A model generated the notes under the pieces. It searched no databases and had not been told where the DNA came from. It saw only the letters and a list, made by a program, of their open reading frames with translations. DNA of 64,000 nucleotides from Convolutriloba macropyga (taxonomy: Eukaryota). How positions within the stretch are numbered: position 1 is the first letter of the stretch; each line of letters starts with the position of its first letter. A program made the position numbers and the translations under genes. Shown piece after piece: positions 14,826 through 26,800 of the stretch. Location of the stretch: positions 37,138,001 to 37,202,000 of the forward strand of contig NC_134468.1 in assembly GCF_964194025.1 (NCBI RefSeq). Reading direction: 5' to 3'.

Positions 14826-17800
14826 TGTTCAAGTTTGAGTTTGCTTTATTTTATACTTTTAATTCGTCTGTTATTTTGCAAACTTTGCAACCCATTATAG
14901 GCAGTATTTTTAATATCTCTACTTCAAGGGCTGAAATGGTCAAAATCGGCCTTAAATTCTGAAAAAGTAGACATTAAAAATTTTGATGTCTTTCTTAGGA
15001 GACAACTTTTGCTGAGCCAATTGCAAGCAATTTTAAAAACAATTAACACATGGGTGCGTTTTCCGTTGCTTAGTTGCTCCCTTCCCTTCCCCCTTAGAGA
15101 ATAGCTTTCACACAAGGGCTGGGATGTTGGTGCGTTTTAGTCCAAAAAGCGACAACAGGAGCTCAATGATCAGGTGGCGAGGATTTTGGCAGCTAAAGTG
15201 CACATTCCCAAACCACCCGCCGATAAAACTCTGGCCGGCATCCGAGCCAGACAGCAACGAGTCAGAAACCAGGAAACTCAGGTATCAATAGCAGTTGGTA
15301 ATGATGGGTTTAGTCTCTCAGTGGGCTTTAAGTTTTTGCTATAATAAAGACAGAAAAATTGACTGCGAGCTAGTTGATAAAAGTTTTTATATTGGTAATA
15401 TGATAAGCCAGTTTTGATAGGGCGATTTTGCACTTTGTGTGTGTTATTGTGTCTGTTTTAATTTTTCCCTGTCATTTCTGAGCGGAATCACATTGAAATG
15501 TGTTTCACCAATTTAAAGAAACTTTCACTTGTTTAGAACACGCAGAAGAGTCTGGTTGAGTTTGAGGCTCGATTGAAAGCAATGCAGCCAGTCACGAGTG
15601 AGGGAGAAGAGTAAGTGCAATGGGCAAATTTACCTCTCTCTCCAAACTGTATAAATTCGACAAGCACATAATTAAGCCTTTTTTTTACTTAAAATCAAAA
15701 CGATCATCGACTTTTTTTCTGAGAAAATCGTTATTCAAAGTTTCTTAATTTGTTTCTATTCAAGTCTTAGAATTGAACTCTCAAATTGCCTCTACACGAA
15801 ACGCCATCTATCATCTTGATTAGTTCACAATTTTATAGATAATCAATTTTTTGCTATAATGTACTGTGAAAATGATTAAAAGTTCAGAGGTTGCAGAGTC
15901 TTTCAACTTCATTATGTATTTACTGGGCTGTTTATGAAACGTTTAGTCAATTTTTCATCAGTATTTTTTTTGTATTTAAACGTTTCCGTATCGTTGTTTA
16001 GCAAAAAGATAGACGACGAGTTGCTTGCTTATATCAAAGAGGAAGCCCTGAACCCCAACAGACCCAGACCCACAGAAGACCCCGAGTACATCAAGCCCCG
16101 CTCTAATGCCAAATACATCAGGAAGATCCAGCAGAGAACTCGGGAGGACGAGGAGGCCAAAGTTGAGAGAGAAAAGAGGCGCAGGAAAGTGCTTGTTGAT
16201 CAGCTAAAAGCGCATGAAGCTCAGGAGGTCAGCTCAAATATTTTTCTGAGTCATTGCATAAAAAATGTTTTTTTTCCTCCATTTCAATGACCTTTGAATT
16301 TCTTCTATTCAATTTGATGGCAGCATTATCAAAACCACCGATAATGGCTACCAATAATTCGGTGAAAAGCTACACTGAGAGCAGATGTACGTTGCATAAG
16401 TGTGCATTGGTTATGGGGGGGGGGGGGTGGTGTATTTCGAAACCGTAAAAGCTTGTTAATATAAACTGTAAAAACTTTTTTAATATAGTAATAGGGTACC
16501 GAATGGGATAAAAATGAAAGAAGTGAAGTTTGACTCTACGTGAGCTCGATCCTGAAAACTCTTTCCTTTTTTCTTAACTAACTAAAATTGTGCACATTTG
16601 AACATGGAGAGAATATGTACTTGCTACCACAGATTGAAACCGCAACTTGTATGGGTTAAAGTCAAGTATGACAGATTATGCCTCCGTCAAACGGATACCC
16701 GATAATCATAACAAGCGAAAACAAACGGATACTGAAATGTAGTGTGGTTGTGTAGGACGCGAGACGTGAGGAGGAGATAGTGAACAGACTGATGAGGCAG
16801 TCTCAGGTGGAGAGGAGGATTGTGGTGCAGCTGTTGCAGACCAGACACGAGAAGGCTGTCATCCTCGAAAACAGGAAGTTCAGAGAGCAACAGTACCAGG
16901 AGAGACGTAGGAAGGAATTCGAAGACGCACTCAACGTTGAAGCTGTAAGTTCTAATTTTCATTTCTGGTGAAGTAGAAGTAAAGACTGTTTTTGTTCAAG
17001 TTAGATATTTAAAAAGGAGCAGAAGCCATTTAATTATTGAAATAATTGTTATCCGCGAGCACATAATGCGACACCGTTTCTCAGATGCTGCCATTTTGTA
17101 TATGGGAGGCTGGAGGTTGTGATATATGATCGCTTTTATAAGTTATCTTTAACGGAAATAGGTCGGCGAACGCAAAGGAAGCCGATAGGCAAGCAAGCCG
17201 ACAGAAAAGCAAGCCGAAAGTTATGTAACAGTTATGTAATCTATCAGAAATAATACATTGTTAGCCGTTGCAATCAATAATGCGCGTAGTATTATAAGGC
17301 ATAATGTATTCCGATGCACTAAAGAAACAAAAATACGTCAATTTTTAGACATCTAGTGGGTACGGGCCTTAGCGGACCGCTGTCCATGGCCATGCCTCTC
17401 ATCCGCTGTGGGATGTAATCCGGAAACAGCGGGCCGGTTATCGCGGCGAAGCCGCGAAGCGCGCCCACCGGCCCGCCAGGGGCAACTTAAAATACGGGTA
17501 TCCCAAAATTTTTCGGCTTACTTGATGTTATCTCTTCTTTAGTCTGATCCGCTTTCAGAGAACGACTGGTTTTCAAGAGTTTATTTTGCTGTATGTTATT
17601 CTATAAGCTTGTGTGCTTGTTAAATAATAGCTTACAAAGGTGTGGTTTATACCCGCATTTGCTATCAAAGTTAAGTGTGGCACGATGAAACTCATGTATG
17701 ATAATGAGTAAAAAGGTTTGGCATTGAAAGTCATGAAAAATCAAAGTTAAATATATGACTTTTACAGCGATTATGAATATGAACTCAACAAATTTGAACT

Positions 17801-20800
17801 AAATAACAAGGGGAAGGATTGGGGGTCTAAACGGTTACGGACCGTTTACACTCCGGCAAGCAACAACAAAACTTAGCAAATAAATTTATCAGAAAAGAAC
17901 AAAATAATTGACATCAGAAATTCAAATTTACTGCCTCAATAGTTTCCGCTTAAGTGAGTTTTATGCATCAATTTGACATCATTGACGGAGTATTCATTCA
18001 CCCTCCGCGGCCAACGAAGAAGAAGAATCATTGTCAGTTTCAAACACCTTGCCCAATCTCACTGCGGGACGTTGCACCATGCCAGTACTGGTCTTGATGT
18101 CGAAGCTTCTTGCCACTCCATCTCTACTCACATGTGCTTTGACGATCCGACCAATGGGCCAAATTCCTCGGGGTGTAAAATCTTTGTAGAGCCAAACAAC
18201 ATCGTCTTCCTTGAGCTCAGCGTTGGCCTGCTGCCATTTTGTCCGTCTGTTAAGTTCCGGTACAAATTCTTTGAGAAGACGAGACCAATAGTGGTCCAAA
18301 AGGGTCTGTGACTCCTTGAAGTCTTTAATTGAAAACTGGGTTCTGTTGTTTGCCAGAGGTTTTAGGCAGAAGTGTCGTCTTCTCATCAGGAAATGATTTG
18401 GTGTTAATGGTTCCTCGTCAGTCAAAATGCTCCCAACATGCGTCAGTGGGCGTGAATTAAGAATTCCTTCTGCCTCCGCTACGACTGTATGGAAGACTGA
18501 AAAGTTTAGTCGGCGGCTTCCGAGGACAACAAGTAGGCTTCGTTTAGCCGACTGGATAAGTCGTTCCCAAACCCCTCCGAAGTGCGGTGCCAGAGGTGGG
18601 TTGAACGTCCACTGGATGTTCTGTTGGGCCAGCTGGAGACGTATGTAATTGTTGTCTGGTTTGTAGTTTTCCTGAAAATTGAGTTTCATTGCCTGGTTAG
18701 CTCCAACAAAGTTTTTCCCGTTGTCCGAAACAATGACATCAGGGTATCCTCGTCTGGATGCAAAACGTCGAATAGCCATTAGTAGACAGTCAGTAGAGAG
18801 GTCCTCACAAACTTCCAAGTGTACTGCTCGTGTGACCAAGCATGTAAACATGCAGACATAATTGAGTTCTGTCTGGGTTCTGGATTTTTCAATGTGAAAG
18901 GAACCGAACATGTCCATTCCAGTATTCACAAATGGGTAGAGTTTGGAGTGCTCCGGAAAGCGAAATTTTGGTAGAGGAGCCATCTTCGGTCTGACATTGT
19001 CTGCTCGCCAGCGTCTGCAGATGAAGCAGTACTTCCCTAAAGTTCTTAGAGCTCTGCGGATTCCAACTATCATGAACGTTGCTTGGATATGTGCACGAAC
19101 ATGTTCAATTCCATGGAGCCCGCAGTCGTGATGTGCTTTCTCAATAAGCTGTTTGGCAACTCTGCACTTGCTGTGGAGTATCACCGGATGTTTGCTCTGA
19201 AAAGGCAATCCAGATTTTTGAATTCGTCCCTCAACCCTGAGTAGTCCGTCGCTATCCAGAAAGGGTGTATATGGTAATAGTTTGTCCTTCTTGTCTAGGG
19301 GTAGTCCACTTTGAAGTCGAGAAACTGTGTCCTTGAAGTGTGTGGACTGAGATATCCTCAAGAGAAAGCTCCGAGCCTTGTTTTCGTCAGCTGCGAAGTC
19401 GTCCAAGTCGCAAGGTATGTCGCGTTTGATCAACCTCTTCAGTACGCGCACTGCTCGAAACACTGTTCTAAGTGTGCCAAGGAGTCTAGGCCAATTTGAA
19501 AATCTGTTTGGATCTACCAACGGTTTATCACTGTTCTTGACATCAACTTGAGTGGCGTATGTTTGAGCTGTTTTGTCACCGGAGAATGTCCACTCGCTCT
19601 CAGGTTTGATCAGGAAAGAAGGTGCTGTTATCCACAATTTTTGAAGATCGCATGGAGCTAGACCTCTGGTACCATGATCAGCCGGGTTCATTTTTCCTGG
19701 TACGTGTCGCCAGTCGTCTTTGTTTGAGTTTTGTTGAGCAATTTTGTTGAGCCTATTTGCGATGTACATCTTCTGTCGATCCTTTGATTTGATCCAGCTG
19801 AGTACTGCTGTGCTGTCGGTCCAAAATTTTTTGCTCTTCAAATCTATTGTCATCTCGGTCTCACAGAAGCCTGCTAGTTCTGCTCCCAGTGTAGCTGCTT
19901 CGAGCTCTAATTTGGGAATGCTCATCTGTTTGATTGGTGCCACCTTGGACTTGCTGATGACGTAGTGGGTAGCTATTGAGCCGTCAGCGGAGATTGTCTC
20001 AGGTACACCACTGCTGATACTGCTGAAAGTGAAGCGTCTGTGAAGGTGTGCAACTCGTGAGTTCCATCGACGTTGGGAACTAAACATCTGGGGATTTGAA
20101 TTGAAGGCATATTCTCGAAGTCTTCCATCCATTGCTGAATTTCGTCGTAATGTTCCTTTGATAGTAGCTGGTCCCAATTGTGTCCTTGTTTGACGACTTT
20201 TTGCAAGATGCATCTCAGTCGAATTGCAAAAGGCGAGATTATTCCAATGGGATCAAACAAAGAAGCAGCCATTGAGAGAAGCTTTCTCTGTGTGATATTC
20301 TCTCTTTCATAGCTCAGTTTGGGTTTCGCAAAAAGAAGTTGATCGGATTCAAGGTTCCATGTTTGACCAAGTATCCTTTGTAACTTTAGAACTCCAATTC
20401 TGTCTTCCTCTGGAATCTTTTCCAGCACAGCAGGGTTATTGCTGAGAAACTTGGTGAGGTTGAATCCCCCTGTTTGGAGAACATGTTTCAGCTCAGTCGC
20501 TGTATTTGCTGCCTCTTCCTCTGTTGAGAATGTTTGAATGAAGTCATCCATGTAGAATTGTTTTGTGATTGAGTCAAAGATTTTTGGGTGTTTTTGTCTG
20601 TTATCGTTGGCGCACTTTTGCAGAACAAAAATTGCGCAGGCAGGAGAACATGTTGCTCCAAAAATGAGTCGTTGGTATTTGGATGTCCTCTCCTGACCAT
20701 TGTCGCTCCACAAAAAACGGAGAGCATCTTGGTCTTCTTCTCTGATTCCAACTTGCATGAACATAGCCTCTATGCCTGCTGTTACTGCAACCTTGTACTG

Positions 20801-23800
20801 ACGAAACCGTAGAAGAAGTCCATGTAGATTGCACAAAAGGTCCGGTCCCGTTAGCAGTGCATCGTTCAAAGAAACCCCTTTGTATTTTGAGGCTGCATTT
20901 GTCACTCGTCTTATCTTGTCTGGTTTTTGCTTGTTGTTGACGGGATGATGCGGTAGGTACCAAATGTTCTTTGCATCCTGGTTCGTAACAGCTGCTATGT
21001 ATCCCTTATCCATATCATCAACGATAGGGGTCATATATCTCTGTTTCAGTTGGTTGTCTCTCTCTAATCGCTTCTTCAGGGCGTGCCACTGAACCCTTGC
21101 CATGAAGTAGTTGTTGGGTAGCGTGACGTTTTCTCGCCAAGGGAGTCCAATCTCATATCTTTCCCCGTTGTGATGTGTGGTCTCTGCCAAAGTCTTTATT
21201 GCCTTCTGTTCTTCTTCATTGTGTCCCTTCGTAGAACCCTGACTAAAGTTGACACCTTCAAAGGTCCAAAAAAGATGTAGAAGATTTTCGTCCGGGTCGT
21301 CACTACCTCGCTTGAGATGGTTGAAAAGAGTGATGTTGTGGTTGCTGCTTCCTTTATGGTTTGGTTGAAAGTACTCTTGTGGCACAGGGCCTGTCAAAGT
21401 CCATCCTAACAGTGTGTTGACTCCGTAGGGTGTTCCTGGTTTGCCGGTAGTGAATTGTCTTGGAACAGTAGCCAGAAAAGCATCTGCCCCTATGAGTATT
21501 CCAATTTTGTTGTCACGAATTTGTGGGAAGTTGATTTCTGCCAAATGATCATGGTCTCTACAAAGTCTATTCAACATTTCTGCGGGGACAATTGGCATCT
21601 GGAACTGCTCAATGGAGGTTGCGTACACAGGAGGACTTGTCACCGGTTTTGAGCTGTGAAGTGAACCAATTCCAATCATGACATCAGCTGTTGTCACTGT
21701 GTGCTCCCCATGTAGCGAAGCTAGAGGAAGTTCTATATCTTTGGGGACTCTAATCCGAAGAGCATCAGCAATGTTTTGTGTGATCTGTGTATTATCACTT
21801 CCACTGTCCAAAAGTGCATAGGTCTCTATGTTGAAGTCTTTGTAGAAGAGTGTGACTGGTATTGCCTGTAGTTGAATAAAAGCTCTGACCCGTTGGGGTT
21901 CCCGATTTCTGCTACAAGTGTGGTTTTGCACCCGTGGAAGTTTTGATGAACCATCATTCAGTTCGTTGCTAGTCACTGATTGAAAGTGAGTGTTACTTCT
22001 GTCATTAGTTTGCTGGGGATTGATGTGCTGCTGATTGGCAGTTTGATGCGAGTTGTTGTTTCCATAGCTTGGATTACGAGGGTTGAAACTGTTTTGATTG
22101 TATCCCCTTCTGTTGTTGGTATTTGGCGTGTTACTGGTTGTTGACGAAAGCTGAGACGTTGTATGGTTGAAGTTTCTACCGTAGTTTGACTGCACCGGGT
22201 TGTTCCTGGATTGAAATCCCCCTTCACTCGTTGCTGGGAAATCACTTCTCTGCAAAGTCCTGAAGTCGTCTCGATGGAGAGTTGAATGATGAAACCCATT
22301 GCATCTGTCTACAAGACATCGAATCTTTGATTTACAAAATCCACCCTCATGTCTCTTCAAGCAATTGACACACAAGTTGTGATGCACATCACCAATTGCT
22401 GACGGTCAGCTACAGACTTGCTCAGGTATTCTTTGCAGCGACCAAGGTTGTGATCCCCAGAGCATAGTTGACAATTTGAGCTGGCTTGAAGAACTATGTT
22501 GGAGTGTTTCTGGCCTTGGAAAGGCCGTTCAACCCGGTCTGTCCTTTGTGGTCTTTGTGGAGAGACATCCTCGCAAGCCTCTGCATATGTGCTTATCCAA
22601 TCTGCAAAGTCAGCCAGATTTGGCTGCTCTATTCTCATGCTCCTTACATGTTGATTCCAGCGAATCGTCATTGGTGTTGTCAACTTCTCCCTGGCAACTT
22701 TAACTACCGCAGAAGCCTTCAGGTCCGATTCAAAATGGTGAAGTCGAAAGGTCTGTACCAAACGTCTGAGGAAGGACGCAAAACTTACAAAGCTGCTGGG
22801 ATCATCCATTCTGGTCCTAGGCCATTGTTCAAGTTGTGTGAGGTACTTACTCACAACATGCTGCGGCTTTCCAAACTTTCTGATAAGTTCCTGAAGGGCC
22901 TCCTCATAGAAGTCTCCGTTGTAAGAGTATCCACAGATGAAGTCTTTTGCTTTGTGAGTTACCGAGTTTTGCAAGTATGTCATTTTCTGAACAGTTGAAA
23001 GAGCTGGATTGTCGTGAATGGTTGACTTGAAAAAGCTGTACCATTGATGCCACATCAAAGGATCGCCTGAGAAATGGTCAAGACTAATCTTTGGTAGACT
23101 GAACGCATTCATCATCACTTGATGGTTGGTCCATTCAGAACTGTGGGGTCGTTGTTGGAACTGTTGCTCAGAAAATTGTTGTGGCATGAAATTGAAGTGA
23201 CGGTTGGACTCTCCGTTGGGAGCGTTCATCATTTTGTTTGTCTCTGGGAATGAGTGATCCATTTGACTACCGAGCAAATGACGTGACTGCTGCTGATCCC
23301 GCGGATAGTGATTGTCTGCAAAAGTTTGAGTGAAATTGTCAGGCATTGCCTGATGTTGAAATCCGGTTGCTGTACCGGAATTCCAGTACACAGTGTCTGA
23401 TGGTTGATCGCTAGAAATTTTGAGGTTAGCAAAACCTTGATTTGGAACATTCACATCAACAATCGGGCAACTCTGAACCTGTTTCGCACCTTCACTGAAG
23501 CTGTGCTGCTCCTGTATCGCACTGTTCTCTTTTGGTTTCTGTTGCTGAGCATTGTATTTTTCTACACTTGTTCTTTCTTTTTGAAGATCACGATGACTTC
23601 AGAACTGAACACCTCATCCCAGCTCTCAGCGTTTTCACCTGCATTTTGCATTGGCGTTTTACCTCTCATTCCGCTTGGTTGTTTACGTCTGCTTCCTGAA
23701 ACAACCACCTTGCTGCGTATTTTGTTGGGCTCTTCCGAGGAGGTGTCGGAAGAGATGAACTTTTGATGGTTTGACCCATGAAGCAATCTGACTTTTTGTT

Positions 23801-26800
23801 TGGTTCTCAACCATTTGCAATTTCTCCGTGCAGACTCTGCAGCAACAGTGTCGAACTCTTCTTGTGTCAACTGCTGTTCTATGAGTTCGTTACACATGCG
23901 ATCAAGCTCCGCTTTTTGCTGTCGAAGTTCGTCAACGAGCTCTTGGAGGTCTGTTGCTGCTTCTGTTTGTTGCATTTGTTCGTCGAGTAGGTCTTGTGCT
24001 GCTTCCCACTCAATGACTTTGAACTTCAAAAGTTGCATGAGTTGAGCCTTGGAGGTTGACTTTGTTTTGGTTTTGCTTGACATGGTTCTGGATTTTTTCA
24101 TTGGTTAATGGTTACTTTGTTTATGGTTGCACGATGACATTCACAAAAAACAATTATTGCACTATGAGTGTTATGAGTCACTGCACTTTTAGTTAGCACT
24201 TAAAATGTTGTTTGAACGCTTATTAATTGTTTTTTTTGTATCTAAAAATAACTTGAATGCTATTTATACTGCTGTTGTGGACAGCTATTAATGGTTTCGT
24301 TGTCTTATGTTTTACCAAATCTTGCTTGAATGCTGTTTTTTTATTAAATTATATTATGCACGCTTCGCGCTCGAGGAGGGTTTTGTCTGATCACGGTCGC
24401 AAAGAAACACCCTAACCTGGGGAGGATACTGTTTTACCTTTTAGAAAGTTTTGTGCCTAGAAACAAAAACTTTTGCACTTGCGTGTCAGCAAGTGCAAAA
24501 CTGTAAATCAGAATCAGCTAGAGTATCTGTTTGAATGTGAGAAGGGCTTAATCAAACCCTGAAATTTTAAAAGCTCTTTCGTTAGACTTAGGGTCAGAGA
24601 GTTTTAGCTGAACTAGAACGTGCTATAATCTAAGAAAGATCAGGCTTTGCTACCTATGTATATGTTCGACTATCCCCGTCGTCAGCCTATGCGTTGGTTC
24701 AAAAGGGAACCCACAGCCTCACCCGCTCAGGCCCCAGTCAATCTTATTAGCAAATGTGGGACCTCTAGCCGCATGGACTAGAGAACTGCATTGAGCGGAT
24801 TGCATCATAATGTTCGGAGTGCAATGAACGATGCAGGGGGAAGGTCATCGAACTGTAACTTACTTAGAAAGCCTGACAGCCTAGAAATTTGAAGTGCTAA
24901 AATATCAGATGGAAAAAATCTATAGCACGTTTAATTCAGCTAGGTGGTGGGATTTTTTAAGGTGTTAGTGAAAAACTACAAGTCAGAAATTTTAAGTTGT
25001 CTCTGTATTGTGAGTCGATGGTTCGGTTTTAAAACCTAGGATGCGCCAAAAATTGTTATCTCTTCTTTAGTCTGATCCGCTTTCAGAGACAACGACTGGT
25101 TTCCAAGAGTTTATTTTGCTGTATGTTATTCTATAAGCTTGTATGCTTGTTAAATAATAGCTTACAAAGGTGTGGTTTATACCCGCATTTACTATCAAAG
25201 TTAAGTGTGGCACGATGAAACTCATGTATGATAATGAGTAAAAAGGTTTGGCATTGAAAGTCATGAAAAATCAAAGTTAAAGATATGACTTTTACAGCGA
25301 TTATGAATATGAACTCAACAAATTTGAACTAAATAACAAGGGGAAGGATTGGGGGGCTAAACGGTTACGGACCGTTTACACTTGACCTCATTTTCAAAAT
25401 TCGGCTTGCTTGCCTATCGGCTTGCTTGACCACCACCAAATAGGTCACATCAATGATATCCCTACCTTTGAAAGCATAGTTTTTCTTCTTAGTAAATGAC
25501 ATTGATTATTGAATACTATTTGGCTGAATTGTATTTGGTTATAGTTTGAGAGCTGCAATTTTTTAAACTTTTCATGTGGCTGGGGTAGGATTGAATCTGA
25601 ATTGATTTTGATTACATGCTGTTTATGTTTACTCGTAGGAAATGGCCAAATTGGCTAAAGAGAGGTACATGAGTGAGTTAGCTGCAGCTAAGAGAGAACA
25701 CAACCGCATAATGGAAGAGAGGAGGAAGCAGAAGTACGAGAAACACTACAAGGTCTGCCACAAGATAACCCTCGACATTGTAGACTACGCATGCAAGTTT
25801 GGAGAGTACAGAGAACTCACTGGAGGGTACGTTTGAAAAATTGATATTATTTGTTATTTTTTATCTTTGGTTTCATATAACTCGAGTAGAAAGATTGTTC
25901 GTTTTATTTACTTCTTGCATAGCCGTTGATGATAACCAATTTTCTTGCTCTCTCTTTAATATTTTTGAATTCGAATCCAATCCTTATCATACTTGTAGCA
26001 TTACAGCAACAAAATCAAGCCAGACGAATTCACAGTTAAATCGTTTGTTACCGGATAATCAAATTACAGCTGTTGTAGCAATTTTTCCTGCCTATGTATT
26101 CTAAAATTAAGGATAGTTTTTATTTTTTTTGTTCTGTTTAGGTTGGTTCCACACAAACTGTTCCGAGAGTGGACTGCCATGTTCTTAAGTGAAGTCGCCA
26201 TCTATCCTGACATCCAGGTAATCATCTCCGTCCATAGACACCTCAGTTTATTTCTAAATGTTGAATTTAGATCTGATGACTTTAACTAAGAGTGTTAATC
26301 GAGTAAGGTGATATCCTATCTTGCAAGATTAATTTCTTTTCCTCTGAGAGCTAACTTAGTGAGAATTATGCTAATGAAGTTTCGGTCCTCAGATGTGATT
26401 TGATGCCCCTCATGTTGACCACTTCATCTTAAAAGAATTTTCACACGTCATAAATGTTTTAAATTTTTCAACCGACCTCACTTTCTGATATTTTTCAGGA
26501 CAAGAATAAGGTAATATTTCTTGTAAATTTAAAACTAACGCTTCACCTACAAAAAATGCTGTTTGGACATAATTTTGCCTTTTTCATTTATGTACTCTTC
26601 AACTAACAAAATACTTGACTGAAAAATTGACTCATTCGTAAAAAATTTTTTTGGAGAATGTGATTTTGTCACTCACTTGCCGGGACTATCTGTTCAGCTT
26701 GATGCTTTGAATAATCCTTACTTGTGTTCTGGCAACTAATATTGGAACTAGAACATTTGTTTCCAGGAAGAGACTGTCGAAGATTGGCTAGAGAAAGAGC

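Larger units (their letters stand above)
17526..25380 (-). mobile_element. Full-length BEL/Pao LTR retrotransposon
   Basis: LTRs 17526-17850 and 25054-25380 (TG..CA, about 98% identical by eye); 5-bp TSD CTTGA on both sides; PBS-like TGGCGCATCCTAGG; gag-pol in PR-RT-RH-IN order. Confidence 0.97.
17161..25438. mobile_element. MITE-like non-autonomous DNA element (17161-17525 plus 25381-25438) split by the BEL insertion
   Basis: Subterminal inverted repeats aagccgataggcaagcaagccga / tcggcttgcttgcctatcggctt; aaata(ggtc) flanks both ends; uninterrupted relative at ~51093-51870. Confidence 0.8.

Noticed and set aside
17973-24045. Many + strand ORFs within the BEL element
   Set aside because: Antisense shadows of gag-pol with no recognisable motifs; no env-like ORF seen
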